64,000 bases of DNA from Oopsacas minuta. Taxonomy: Eukaryota > Animalia > Porifera. The notes under the pieces were generated by a model that saw nothing but the letters and a program-made list of their open reading frames with translations, did not search any database and had not been told where the DNA came from. The DNA lies in NCBI GenBank assembly GCA_024704765.1, contig JAKMXF010000044.1, positions 1-64,000 on the forward strand, read 5' to 3'. Made by a program: the position numbers and the translations under genes. Shown here in pieces: positions 51,346 through 64,000 of the stretch (position 1 is its first letter; every line of letters begins with the position of its first letter).

Positions 51346-54300
51346 CACAGGTCAACAAAATTTAACTTCATTGTCTTATCAAGTATTAGATTGACATTTT
51401 CTAAGCTAGTTTTTTACGCTGAATTCAAATCTGCTTTCAGATTCTTTCCAGCACGTCCAGTTTTTTTCCATCTACAAGTCAACGATTTTTATGTATTTCC
51501 TAAATTTTTCCAGTTATTTTATGGTAGTGGCTGTCTTTTTGTCTTCTTACATGATAGCCATCTGAAATAAATCAAAGTTTCGATGTTTTAGATTAATGCC
51601 AAGATAATATCAGTTATTATCCTAGCTCTTGCACATAATTATTCACATTCATGCATGTATCAACTACTCACAAACTAAGGGGAAATACATATCCATCTAG
51701 AAGTATAAAGGTAGCTAACTAAATTAAAAGTGTTGAGAGTACGACTTCCTTTTATATATCTTGTTGGGATTATCTCTGAAGAGCCTCCAACGGTAATCGG
51801 ACATCATGCCTCATTCCAGAAACCTTGGTATCGGGTTTCCATCTCCTGTATGTCTTGGTGGAATCTCTTACCCTGTTCATCACTTACAGCACCAAGGTTC
51901 TCAGGAAAAATCAAGGTGAGAGTACAAGAAGTGAAGTTTCAGCGACATGCGACAGCCCATCTTCTCGTATGCGTTAAGCAAGGATTCCACTCCTTCTCTG
52001 TAGTTGGACGACTTCTTGTTGCCCAAAAAGTTTTCACAAAACTATTTGAAAGAATTTCAAGCACTCATTTCTAATTCGGATAATGTCTTCTCGAAATCTG
52101 GATCTCTGAATACTTGTCTGATTTGTGGTCCTCATGTACTCCCTCTTTTAACATTGCCTCGCTTAGTTTCGGAAATTTGCCTACCAAATGCAGAAATCCT
52201 GCTGAATTTGTTTTGCCCATTGTTTTAACGAATGTTTTCATTAATCCAAGTTTAATATGAAGTGGGGGTGAGAAAACTTTGTTTGGATCTACCAATGGCG
52301 AATTCTGTAAATTGGTTTTCCCCACTTCATAGGTTCTCTTCGGCCAATTACATTTTTTATAATGTTCACCAGTTGCTCGGCTGTCCCATAGACATAGGAA
52401 ACAACAATACTTTGTAAAACCTTGTTGCAAGCCCATCAATAGCCCGATTATCTTAAGATCACCGCAGATATTCCATATATGTGTTCTATACTGTATTGTC
52501 TCCAAAACTTCCTGCAAATTGACGAAGGTTTCTTTGAGATAGACGGAGTGAGCAATTGGAACGCCAGGCTTTAGATTTCCGTTGTGCAACAGAACAGCTT
52601 TCAAACTGCTTTTGACGAGTCGATGAAAAGGCGCCAATCAGAGGAAGAATGTTCTTGTAATAGGTTTGCATAGAGTCCTTCGATATCATTACAATAGCAC
52701 AGTGGACCATCAGTGGTGTAGTATTGAGTGAGATCGAAATTTCGCTTGCGATAGTGGGATACTAGGACATCTTTGTCGAGTAGGTTTTTTCTGTTTGTGC
52801 CTGGATGCAAGGAGTTCAGCCTTGTCTTTAGATAAGTCTAGATCCCTGACCAGGTCATTCAATTCTCCCTGTGTAAATGTTCGTGGCTCTAGTAACACTA
52901 CGTAACAAATTTTTATGAAATCTTTGTTTGGCTTGATATTTTGATTGTTTATGGATAATTTTGAGGCTCTGATTCCGAAAATGCAAATTAGTTTTTTTCT
53001 ATCATCGATCGTTAACTTTCAGGAAGCCTATTTATATGAGCAGATTACACGCTTAGCCAACCCAGCAAAAACGTACGTCACAATCAAAATCTTTTGTGCT
53101 ATAACAATAAAGATAACAAACATTTTGCACTCCCTTCACTGTCTCTTGTTTTTTTTACGCTCTGGGAGACACTTAAAGTGTCTGCGAATGCACAGCTTAA
53201 ACAGCATCAGAATTCCAGGCTGGGGTAGGATTGCAAAACTTAGAAATTTCGTTCTTGTGTATAGTTTATTTGCTATCCAGTGCCTTCACTTGGAAAGTAT
53301 TTACTTATATTAATACTATAAGCTACCAGCAGCTTGTATAAGCATAAGTTTAACTGCCTTTAGCAGAGAGGCAGAAATAACTTGCTGGTTGTTCTTACGT
53401 TAAGTTAGTGTTTTCAAATTTAGAAATTGCAATGGCTAGTAGACAATGCAAGAATTGACCTGACTCATTTTGCTAGGTTTGTGGAAATTATGTTGGTGAC
53501 AAACATGTTTCAAATAAAATATCAAAAAGAAGCTAAGTATTGGGAAGCGTATAGACTGTATTTTGGGATGTCCATTGGGGATCAGGAAAAGGCCTGGGCC
53601 CCACATGTGATTTATGGCAGCTGTCGATCTAATCTTGAAGCTTGGTTGGGGGGTTCCGCTAGAGTTATGCCATTTGCTATTCCAAGAGTTTGGAGAGAGC
53701 CACAAAACCATCATGATGATTGTTACTTTGTGTGGTAATTATTGCTAAGTACCGCAAGGTTAAGGGAAGAAGAGCACTGACTTATCCAAGTGTACCTTCA
53801 TCCATTGCACCTGTTCCTCATAGTGAAACTTTACCAGTTCCAAAACCACCAGCAAATGTAAGTAGTTTTATGTTTTATAATATAAGGCTACGCTAGCTTA
53901 TATGCTGTAAGGGTGACCCACAATCTGCATCTTATGTTTTATTCTTGTCATTTTAGTTGGAGTTTAATACTGAATGTGAAGACTCGATATCAAGTGAAAC
54001 TTCGGATGCTGAGGAGGAGTATCTCCAATCAACAAGTGCAGATCGTCATTATCCTTCTAAGAGAGAATTAGATGACTTAATACGAGATCTGCAACTAACT
54101 AAATCTGCAGCAGAGCTATTGAGGTCAAGATTAAGCGAGTGGAATTTGCTGCGTGATGATTGCAAAATAGCTGCTTACAGGAAGAGGCACTTGTACTAAT
54201 CTGTTTACTTTGATGTAATACAGGATCTGTGCTATTGCAAAGATGTGAATGGTTTGTTTGATGCTGTTGGAATTGAACATGACCCTTCTCAGTGGCGACT

Positions 54301-56258
54301 TTTTATTGACAGTTCCACCAAAAGTCTTAAAGGAGTTTTACTTCATAATGGGAACAAGTATCCGTCAATTCCACTTGCTTATTCAATACAAATGAAAGAA
54401 GACTATGAAAATGTCAAGCCAACTACTGCTTAAAAAAACTATGCTGAATTTAACTGGCAGCTATGTGGTGATTTTAAGATGTTGGGATTTTTGTTGGGAC
54501 TGCAGCGTGGTTACACCAAATACTCATGTTTTCTTTGTTTGTGGAACGGCAGTGCTGATGGAGAGCACTGCAAGAAGATTCAATGGCCGCCAAGAAAAGA
54601 ATTAATGCCAGGAAAGTACAATGTCATCAAAGAGCCACTTGTAAGCCGGGAAAAAGTTTTACTACCACCTCTTCATATAACACTAGATTTAGTAAAGCAA
54701 TTTGCTAAAGCTTTGGATTTGAAGGAGAAGCTTTTCAAGAAATCCATGCAATGTTTCCAAAATTATCAGATGCTAAACTAAAGGGAGGAATATTTGTCGG
54801 CCCCCAAATAACCACCATGTTAAAGTCAAGACCCTGGAGGATAAAATGACCGAAACAGAAAGAAAAGCATGGCAGGCATTTCGAGATGTAGTTAATGGCT
54901 TGTTAGGAAATAACAAAGATCCTAATTATGAAGAGATAGTGAATACTCTGATCACAAGCTACCAAAAGATGGGATGTTGCATGTCGTTGAAACTTCATTT
55001 TCTATGCTCTCATCTTGACTTCTTTCAAGAAAATTTGGGGGATTTCAGCGAGGAACATGACGAGAGATTTGACCAAGATATTCAGCTAATGGAAAAACGG
55101 TATCAGGGTCGCTGGGACAGCGCAATGATGGCGATTACATGTGGTTTTGATAAGGGAAGACATTTCTGGTCACAAAAGAAAAGCTCGTTCAACAGTTCAT
55201 TTTTGAAGTATTTTAACTCTCTAACATGAGTGCGTTTTGTTTTCTTTAGGACTTGTAATCAGCAATGTACTGTTTGGTAGTGATTTTCATGTTCAAATTA
55301 ACTTATCAACACATCACTACGTGTTTAAATCTATCACAAGAGCTGTAGGTAAATTTGCATATAATGAACAACACAACTTGTTCGGAAAAAGCAAAAAGTG
55401 TAAATACGTCAAAAAGCATTGATGATATGGAAAAACTAACACGATTTTTGAATTCAGCGACCCAAAAAACATAAGGGGACAACAAAAATTGAAGCTAAAC
55501 AAAAATTGTGTTATGTAGTGTAATTCATCTTCCGGGACATAATTAGCATCTGTAGAATCTGCATGAACATCTTCCACCATATCAGACCCGATTTTCATTG
55601 CTGTGGCTTGGGAATTGGGATTGGTAATGAGATGTCGTGTGGAATTGGCCTGCGAACAGATCCAAGTCTGGGTAAACAAGAGCGTGCTTATTCTTGGCTG
55701 AGAATCCTGTAATGTCGATAAGGCAAAAGTAACAATCATCAAGGTGATTTTTCTGTTCCCTCCAGACCATGGGTATTGCAAATGGCATTGAAACTTTCCT
55801 TTTGTTCAACCAATCACGTAGTCCACTTGAACAAGAAGTGCATATAACATGTGGTGCCCACGACTTGTCTTGGTCACCAAGTGGACATTCGAAGTACAAT
55901 TGTATATGTTCTTTATATGATTTGTGATTGGTCGTCTTTGTGATTTTACGCAAAAAAGACCACAAACGTAATAGAAATTGTCGGGATGAGTTCTACAATT
56001 ACGATGCATGTTTATAATTTGATTTGCTTGAATTCAAATAGGTAAAGTCATTTATATTCCAGATAATTGAATCAAAATAGGCATGCCCATATAGCAATTT
56101 AGTAACTAGGTAATACTATACTATTGAAAAAATGGATATTGGATTTCAGAATAACTAGACGTGCTAGAGAAATTCTGATTGCAGATTCGAGTTCAGCATT
56201 CAAAAGTGTGCTAAGATAAATGTATATGACCTCTGATGAGAAATCTTGTGGAGTTGTG
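51346..56258 (-). mobile_element. Chapaev3 transposon (outer), split by a second Chapaev3 insertion
   Basis: The left end is TTA|CACAGGTCAACAAAATT. The degenerate right end is AAATCTTGTGGAGTTGTG (TSD not preserved). The reading frame NYVPEDE|LLEPRTFTQGELNDLVRDL rejoins across 55523/52893. Motifs FIDSS, LKAVLLHNGN, ICGDLK and PPLHIKLG. Confidence 0.8.
52896..55520 (+). mobile_element. Chapaev3 transposon (inner, opposite orientation), decayed
   Basis: TIRs CACTACGTAACAAATTTTT / AAAAATTGTGTTATGTAGTG and a perfect TSD TAA (52893-52895, 55521-55523). Motifs MASRQCKN, PHVI..CRS, RLFIDSS, LPPLHI and SEEHDERFDQDI. A short intron-like segment lies at ~53858-53957 (GTAAGT...TTTTAG). Confidence 0.88.
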
Positions 56259-57964
56259 CAGTTCACGAGGCCCCGAACTACTTCCGAGTCGCTATACTTT
56301 TAAGGTGTTTTTGAATATAGGTCTTGGATATAGTCAGTAGCCACACATACAATATATTCATGTTTTATCACCAGTTATAAACTTAGAAATATCTCTATTA
56401 TTGACATTATAAAATTTTGTATGCATTTTCTTGCACGATTTTCACTCGGTTCATCCAATGATAAGGATGAAGATAATAAGGATTCCAATGGGACCAATCT
56501 TACAATGATATATAGATTCCTTGAAAATGGGTGGACTGATGCGATTGAAATGCTAATTTCATACTGAATGAAATATTATGTCAGATTGGAATCGGGTTAT
56601 TACTATATCCGCAACAGATTCAGCATGCCCTAGGGTGATGACTTATTAGCTCTGGCGTAGGAACGTAGACAGGGGAGTGCGCTTTCATATGTTCATATTA
56701 ACATCATACGCTGATGAAGATTAGTTGGAAATTTCAATTACTCGGTCCAAATATAATTCTTCGTTATTTCACTGCAATGTCCCTGTAAAGTCCCTGTAAA
56801 GTACACCCTCGCAAATCTGAACGTCGTTTATCAGAATTCTAGCCCATCCGAAGGTGCAAAAGGTAATACAACTTAGGGAAAATGTCCCAAAATGTACAAA
56901 ATAGCGTATTGTATCTAATTTACCTGTGAACAAATACACAATACTATATTACACATGTTGGCCGCCATATCATCGTTTGTACAACATTAGATAAATGTAC
57001 CCCTATGGTATTGTCTCAATATATTTCGCTTATCCGAAAGAATTGTTTGCGTTTGGAATAGTGTTGTTCGGATTAGCGATGAATACCTTTCACTTAAATC
57101 TTCATGGTTTCCGTGTAAAAGAAATTCAATTCTCATTCCTATCCCGTTCCCAGAGGATTCTCTGTAGAATGTCCATAGGATTACCATGTTGGAATTCCCA
57201 TGGGTTTTCCTACGTCGGAAAACTAGGATCGGATTAAGTGCACTTCGGGTCTTGCGAGTTTGTTGCTTCTGTGAGGGCTAAAACACATTGAGTTTAACTT
57301 TCATAAATATATAATTGCTTTTGAGCTCAAAAATTTTGATTTGCCCCAGTATGAACAAGTTTGTAGATGAGAAAAATCAAAATCCATGTACCGGATCTCT
57401 GGCTTAACAAATATAGGCAGGCTAAAGGTCTCAGCGGCCCCTCAATCTGTCCTGGCCCCGTGAGATCGCAAAGTCTGCACGTGTAGTAATCTGGCACTGT
57501 AAAACCAGCGTAAGGAATCATTAGCCATTCCTAGGAAATCGTTCGACATTTCAATCACTTAAGTACACCTAAACAATTTTCTAAAAGGGTTTAGTTAGGA
57601 AAAACTTTCCAGGGATCGGTACAAAGGCCTACCGAAGCTACATGACAGGTAGGGTTGCCAACTTCCTCATTTCTATCCCGGAGTATGATCTAAGGGGTTA
57701 GGGGCGTAGGATGGCTAATTTTACTTGTGTGTCTAATCAAATGACGTTATTTTGTTGTGACAATTCGTTGGAAAATTCAAAACTGTAAATGTAATGAAAT
57801 AATAGTGAAGATTAACATATATTCAATATATTTATCGATGTGAAACTTGAAAATAATAGAACAGAGATTAGTCCATTCTAATCATAAAAGCAATTTTAAA
57901 GGTTAATATTATTTAGAGTTCTACATTTTGGTCCAATACTTGTATGATTGATACTTAAACACTA

Positions 57965-59274
57965 CAGGGTGACCCATAAATACTGTTACTGATATACTAT
58001 CTAACAATATTCTATATTTCATATAGGAATTCTTTATATTATTATGCTATAATTCATTCTAGATCGTATACTCTAAGATATTTATTCGTTATGGCATCTG
58101 GACACTAATCACTCGATTTTTTTGCTGATAAGCAATGGAACTTCGGCGAGCAGCTGTTACACAGCTTTATGAGGCGGGAAATTCCAAGGTTAAAATCGCT
58201 AAACTACTGAAAATGAATAAGATGGTCATAAACCGGTCATTGTCCCGTTACAATGATACCTGATTGATGACTGACAGACGTAGACCTGGTCGCCCGCGAA
58301 CTGTTAGGACCTTTTCTAAGATAAGTCGTGTATCTCAGAGGATCCGCAGAAATCCCTCAAGAAGCATCAGAATAATGGCCAAGGAGATACAAATTAGTAG
58401 GGAATCAAAGAGAAGAATTGTACGAAGTGACGTACAGATGAAAGTCTATAAATTGAATAAGTCCCAGCTTCTTAGCGAGCAAAATAAGAACAAGCGGTTA
58501 CAAAAATGTAAAGAATTGGTTTCGCGTTTCACAAACCACACCCATAGAGATATCCTCTTCTCAGATGAGAAATTGATCACTGTAGAACAAGTGTTAAACT
58601 CCAAAAACGATAGAATCCTTGCTACTGCGAAAAATACTCTCCCTAAATCCACTTTCCAGGTGTCTAGAGCCAAAATGCCAGCTTCAGTAATGGTGTGGGG
58701 AGGCATCACATTTGATGGTCGGACACCCCTCGTTTTCATCCCCCAGGGTCTAAAAATCAATCAAACAGTATACCGTGATTTGATACTGAAGAAGGTTGTC
58801 GAACCTTGGGCCAAAAAACATTATCAAAATAGAAATTGAGTATTCCAACAAGACCCAGCACCTGCTCATAAATTGAAAGCGGCACAACAGTAGTGCAAAG
58901 AGAAATTTCCAGGGCTAATTTCTGCCGAAGAGTGGCCTCTTTGCTCCCCTGACATTAACCCTCTCGATTATTCAGTATGGTCCATTTTAGAGAGCAAGGT
59001 CAACTCTAAAAAACACCCTAGTATTGACCAGCTAAAGAAAACCTTGTCTCGAGAATGGAAGAATATTCCAGACTGTGACATTCGTTCTAGCGTGGACTCC
59101 TTCCCTACTCGTATTGTTAGGTGTATTAAATGTCGAAGCGGTATATTCGAACGATACTCGAAATATATTTCTATGAAGAGATTCTGACAATTGGTAGAAA
59201 TTTCGTCTTAACAGCTTCAATATTATATATTTTATACATACAACAATTGGTAACAATATTTATGGGTCACCCTG
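57965..59274 (+). mobile_element. maT (DD37D) transposon with a few stops
   Basis: TIRs CAGGGTGACCCATAAATA with TA TSDs. Motifs LFSDEK, QQDPAPAH and SPDINPLDYSVW, with 37-residue spacing. Confidence 0.92.
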
Positions 59275-59640
59275 TACAGTGAATACACGCACGCTTTATC
59301 AGAAAAGATTTCCATCAAAAAGTAATGTGGGGCACTGTATTTTGAAACATAGAGTTAGAAAATACCAGTATTAAAATTTACTACATCTCAAGTCCTTAAG
59401 ATGTTGAATTCAGTCGTTGAATGTGGAGGACACTATTCGAACATTCATAATAAAAAATTGGAATTTTAAACAGTTGAGTAATTCTTATGGATAGTGATCA
59501 GTATTTATTGAATGTCTCTGTATAAGTAATGAGGATTGAATTAATCCATTGTACATAAGGGAAATTTGCTAAATGTCCAACATAAGAACATTTCAAGATA
59601 TTATTATATAACAGTAAATTATGAAAATGATTCCCAGTGT

Positions 59641-60348
59641 CAGGGCTTTAAACGAGGACACTCTAAAGGGCGCCGCTACGTTTGCACGCTTCTATTTGGG
59701 GAGCGGAAGTTGGAGCATCCTCCATTTCTGATCCAGGAGATGAAGGTAGATTTGGAGGAGCGTACATATTGTTGCTTTCACATATAATTGCATACAATTT
59801 ACAAATTTCATCGATATTTTCCATAAATTTCAGTATTCTTGCAATAAAAAGTGCACGCTGGGACACTTATTCATAATGTAAATATATATAATAATTCCTT
59901 TAAATGCATTGACATTGGACATTTAGAAATTTCCCGAATGTACAATGGTGAAACCCATTCCTGATTGTTTAAAACACAAATCTAATGTAAATCTACAAGA
60001 ATAGAAAGGAACGCGATATGAGTGGGGTCCATTTTTCAGGAACATGAGAGGGAGTCCGCTCATTTTCTGTGTAACGAGCGGAGGTGGGAGCTCCATTCTA
60101 TTTAGAGGTTAGTAGCGTGTAATGCTCTGTCTACTCTACAATTTCTATCCAAGAATACTAAATTACGATGAATTATGAAATAACGATGAAATTTCGAAAT
60201 TGTATGCAATTACATATGAGCGCGCTCCAAAAATTGAGCACTGCTTCCCCTCCCGCTCCTGGATCAGAAATGTTTCGTGCTCCAGGTACTGCTCCCCAGA
60301 ATAGGAGCGATCCTTTAGAGCTCAGATGGGTGTCCACAGTAAACCCTG
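59641..60348. mobile_element. hAT-type foldback MITE with ~200-bp inverted arms and GGAGC subterminal repeats
   Basis: CAGGG...CCCTG ends. CATTTCTGATCCAGGAG (59724) pairs with CTCCTGGATCAGAAATG (60258). ATTGCATACAATTT pairs with AAATTGTATGCAAT. No TSD. Confidence 0.65.
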
Positions 60349-60874
60349 TACCATCGCTTCGCTGTGGAGCTGGATACCCTATTATCCATAAGGCGGTACT
60401 GAAACTTTCCTGCCTCTCCATTTTCGTTTTTAAAATATACAATTGAAAAATAATGATTAAACAAATAAAATATCTTTGGTAATTCTATTGACGAAATTGT
60501 TATCATAATGTATTGTTGAGAATAAACTTAGAAGAATTGTCAGAAATTTAGCTAAAGTGCAAATAACATTTGTTCAACCGAAATCTACAACGTCTTTTAT
60601 TTACATTCCTAATAACATTGTTATGCTCAAAAGATTGTGTGCTTCTCGTAGGTGCCTTGAGAATTGCTGCTTAGCAGATTTCACATTTAGTACTTAGAAT
60701 CAACAAGAGTAAGATATATACGTTTGTTATTGTAATCATTATGCATAATTCTCCGGAAATTTATATACTAAAGAAAAGTAGATCAACAATATGTCTATCT
60801 CAAATTGGGTAAAACAAGATATACTAATCATCAGTGTGCTGCAGATTGAAATAAGAGCATTTTTTGAAATTCAT

Positions 60875-62223
60875 TTACTTATCCTGTTCTGCTATGGAGT
60901 CAAGCCATTGAAAATTATACCAATTAAATCTTTCATTAACAATTTGGTTTGCATAATCAGAATCTAGGCAAAATAACAGATTGAGAGCTTCGTTAGAATA
61001 ACTTGAAATTAACATATTTGGGTCATTCATAAGTTCATTTATATATGAAGGTATTTGAGAATCATAGATAATTGAGTCCTTAGTTGCTGAATGATAGAGT
61101 AGTAAATAAAATATATATATAATCTGAAGAACAAATTCATCATCTTCTTGCTTCTCTCTTAATATTGCAATAAAGATATTCACAGCACCTTCTTTGTAAA
61201 AAAATACAGCCGATTCATGGTTAATCGCTATTATTCCTGTAAAGATAATTAATTCCAAAAGCAAATCTTCTTCTAGTTCCTGATAACATAAAATGTTTTG
61301 TAATAGAAACACTTTTACATCAAAACTTGATTCAAATGGATAAGTATTGGATTCTGGATAATGGACAGAGTTGATTATTCGGAATAATTCGATCATCAAA
61401 TCTTTGTCCATGCAACCTGATAAATGATCGATAAGTATTTGGATATGATGAGACTTCAAATTTCTACAACAATCTTTGTGATTTAATCCAGTGCTCAATA
61501 TCTTTAGTAGAGTTGCACCGTGTAGTTGTGCATGAAAAGAACGGCTGAGGATAACACCAATTGTATTGATGTCTAAGAAAAATTGTGCGATAGTAAAACA
61601 TCGCAGTAGGTTGATTAGTAATGCTAGAAAACGTATATCTAATTCAGAATCAGCAATTTCATGGATCAATTGCTTAAAATGAATAAGGAATTTACTATTT
61701 TCAAAGTGTACACAATTCTGTATGTGAATGCTTGTATGGTACAAAATTGCATAAATTGTGGGGTTGTCTGATGAAACTTTTAGATCTTGCAAAAGATAAA
61801 CTACTAGTCTATCTTTAGCCATTTTTTCCTGAAAATATTTGTCAAATGACAAATTTAACAACAATCTCGAACATATTTGCTTTACTGGATCATAATTCTT
61901 TGCAAATATAGCCTCTAATTGATAGATGGCATCCGATTTCAACAATAGTTCGATATTTTCAACAAATATACTCAATTTCTTTAGAAACGAAACACAGATA
62001 ATAAGCAATTCTAAATTAACTGTTACTAACATTTTCAACAATATCGATATAAGTCCTTTTTTCAACATTTTCCCTTCTAAAACAATGTTCTCAGAAATGT
62101 TCAGCAATAGATGCATGGAAACCAACAAGATTTGATCTTGGTTAGTAATTATAGAGTCCAGGGATTCGCGCTGTGAAAGTTTGGATCGATTATTTATAAA
62201 TTCTATTTGCTCAGGTTCAACAT
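60875..62223 (-). CDS. KIFAP3: kinesin-associated protein 3 (KAP3)-like, terminal coding exon
   Basis: NQDQILLVSMHLLLNISE and LREKQEDDEFVLQIIYIFY..PSYINELMNDPN...ERFNWYNFQWLD match KAP3 armadillo-region motifs. The frame stays open to a TTTTTGCAG acceptor (62224-62225). Upstream exons were not resolved. Confidence 0.8.
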
Positions 62224-62899
62224 CTGCAAAAAGAATTTGTTGAATTATCTAAAGCAGTACAAGAAATTAGAATACGACAATTGTTGAAAATATAGAAATT
62301 GAATATCAAAATCTAGTGATGGGTACATACTAATTAGTGAGAAAGATAATATGTTTAAAGTGATAAAATTGCAGTATCTTTCACAAGCGTATCACTAAAA
62401 GCATCATGCCAAAATTTTGATAATCTCATTAACAAATTAGATGCAATATTGTTGACATTGATATACTCTATATATCATCTAAATTTTATCGCGGCTCAAC
62501 TTTCACTTTTAGTATACTATATTTCATTGTCTAAGGATGAAATTATATTTGGAATCATAACGCTGTCGATAACACAAATTAATTACTTAAAAACACATTA
62601 TTTCGAATTAAACTTAAATAATTGGTATAATTCAAAATATTTATATAATTCAGTATATATTGCTTAGGGCATTCAAAAGGTTCCCATCCTTAATCTCTAC
62701 CCCAAAGGTACTAGAGATAGCCTTATTTCACAGTCTCCCAAAATTTGATTAAAGTTTGTGCACCGATTGGATATTGGTTCGTTATTCTCTGATAATTTTT
62801 GTAGCTAGTATCCTCGACTATGTGGCCACAGGTTTCTGTTAGATATAACTTATCAATAGAAACATGTAGACTCAAATTTTGGTTTATGAAAACATTTCT

Positions 62900-64000
62900 A
62901 TGCCATCATCCATATTTCTTTGACAATTTGTATATGTTCTACTTCACCACAGAATGAACGAATAAGATTTTCTGTAAATTCTTATTTTATACTGGATAAT
63001 CATATTTCCAACTCAACGTGTAGAGAATTCTCTAATCAACTTATGTCCTTGCTCTAATCCTTCTTCTGAGATATTACATAAGCCAACAATATTATTTTTC
63101 TCAATGAATTGAAAAGTATGAGCCAAAAATTTATGCAGCGAATCGCTAACTGAAAACAAGGAAATTTTCCAAAATCAAGGTATAAGTATTTTGACTTCTG
63201 ATACGAAATCTTTCTACATTTACGCGCTCATTGCTATTAGCAATTTAAGCAACGGAGTTATGTTCATGTGAATCTAAGATAGGATACCTTTCTAAGATGA
63301 TGGTACATATGAAAACGCAATGGAAAGATCGTTTTTTAAAAAAGAATCCTGGCCATAATGCCAGTCCTTGCATTGCCACTTCCTCCGGGTTGATCGGAAG
63401 GTAAGTTTGTTACTTCATTAATACGATTGCAAAATCATGATCTATAGCTCGAACTGATTGATCTTTTGACCACTTAGATCTACTAGTAGCAATCCTGTAA
63501 ATAACATTCAAGAACCAAACTAAGATTCTAAGATAAGTAGGCAATGGAGCAGCTGGGCACAATATCGATGATGCTTGCAGGTTCGTGATTAATTCCACTT
63601 CTCTGAACAGATTTATAACTCAAAAGTTCTTTTCCCACTGAGGATAATTTTGACGATTTGTTTAATTAATTTCAACTATTGAGCAATCAGATGGAAAACC
63701 GCATACTACTTTTGCTAAGCAGTAAATATCGCTACGTTTTGATTTGCAGCAATACAGGAGAACAAGCCTTTCATGTCATCACTACAATGATTTTCCATCG
63801 AATATTGAGGTTATAATCGACATATTGACATTACCATTTGGGTATTAAAACCACTTTGGTGAAGTGAACTGATTTCAGAGTTGATAAAATTACACAATGC
63901 TATTATTGAATCACGATTCTCTTTTTGACAAATTCATACAACTGGTTGATTGGAAAGGCTCAATTGGATGTCGATTTTCCCAGGAACTTTTTCAAATCGA
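62900..64000 (-). pseudogene. second, divergent Transib/RAG1-like transposase remnant, truncated by the window edge
   Basis: NQPVV.ICQKENRDS, PNGNVNMSIITSIFDGK, CGFP, APLPTYLRILVWFL, QPGGSGNARTGIMAR and SLHKFLAH...ISEEGLEQGHKLIR, collinear with the 29.7-31.3 kb copy. Confidence 0.75.

Noticed and set aside
62230-62460. A defined upstream KAP3 exon ending at the GTATGT donor near 62330
   Set aside because: Candidate frames hit stops within ~20-40 codons and similarity to KAP3 is marginal, so it is not called as a feature.
62640-62900. TIR of the second RAG1-like element
   Set aside because: Only a short GGTACTAGA similarity to the first element's subterminal region was seen, with no CAC heptamer or TSD.

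Overview
AT-rich eukaryotic (probably invertebrate animal) genomic DNA, mostly a graveyard of cut-and-paste DNA transposons. The window holds four DD34D mariners, one Tc1 DD34E, one ITm DD37E, one maT DD37D, three Chapaev3 elements (two nested), three hAT remnants, two P-element/THAP9-like remnants, a MULE with a C-terminal RING finger, a Mutator-like/Kolobok-type remnant with a PHD finger, an L2/CR1 fragment and many MITEs and foldbacks. Two recognisable host genes lie among them: a divergent DNA polymerase alpha catalytic subunit (POLA1-like, one ~3.3 kb coding exon, 5' exon not located) and a divergent kinesin-associated protein 3 (KIFAP3-like) exon. The most notable element is a complete-ended Transib/RAG1-like transposon at 29262-32136. 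It has a CACAGTG (RSS heptamer) terminus, a perfect 5-bp GTGAA target duplication, asymmetric bipartite TIRs and a decayed transposase with a RAG1 nonamer-binding-domain-like N-terminus. A second, divergent member of the same family runs off the right edge of the window. No RAG2-like gene, CRISPR array, rRNA or tRNA was seen. All family assignments come from motif recognition by eye; no database search was run. The TE repertoire and intron-poor genes are reminiscent of a glass sponge such as Oopsacas, but that is an unverified impression.
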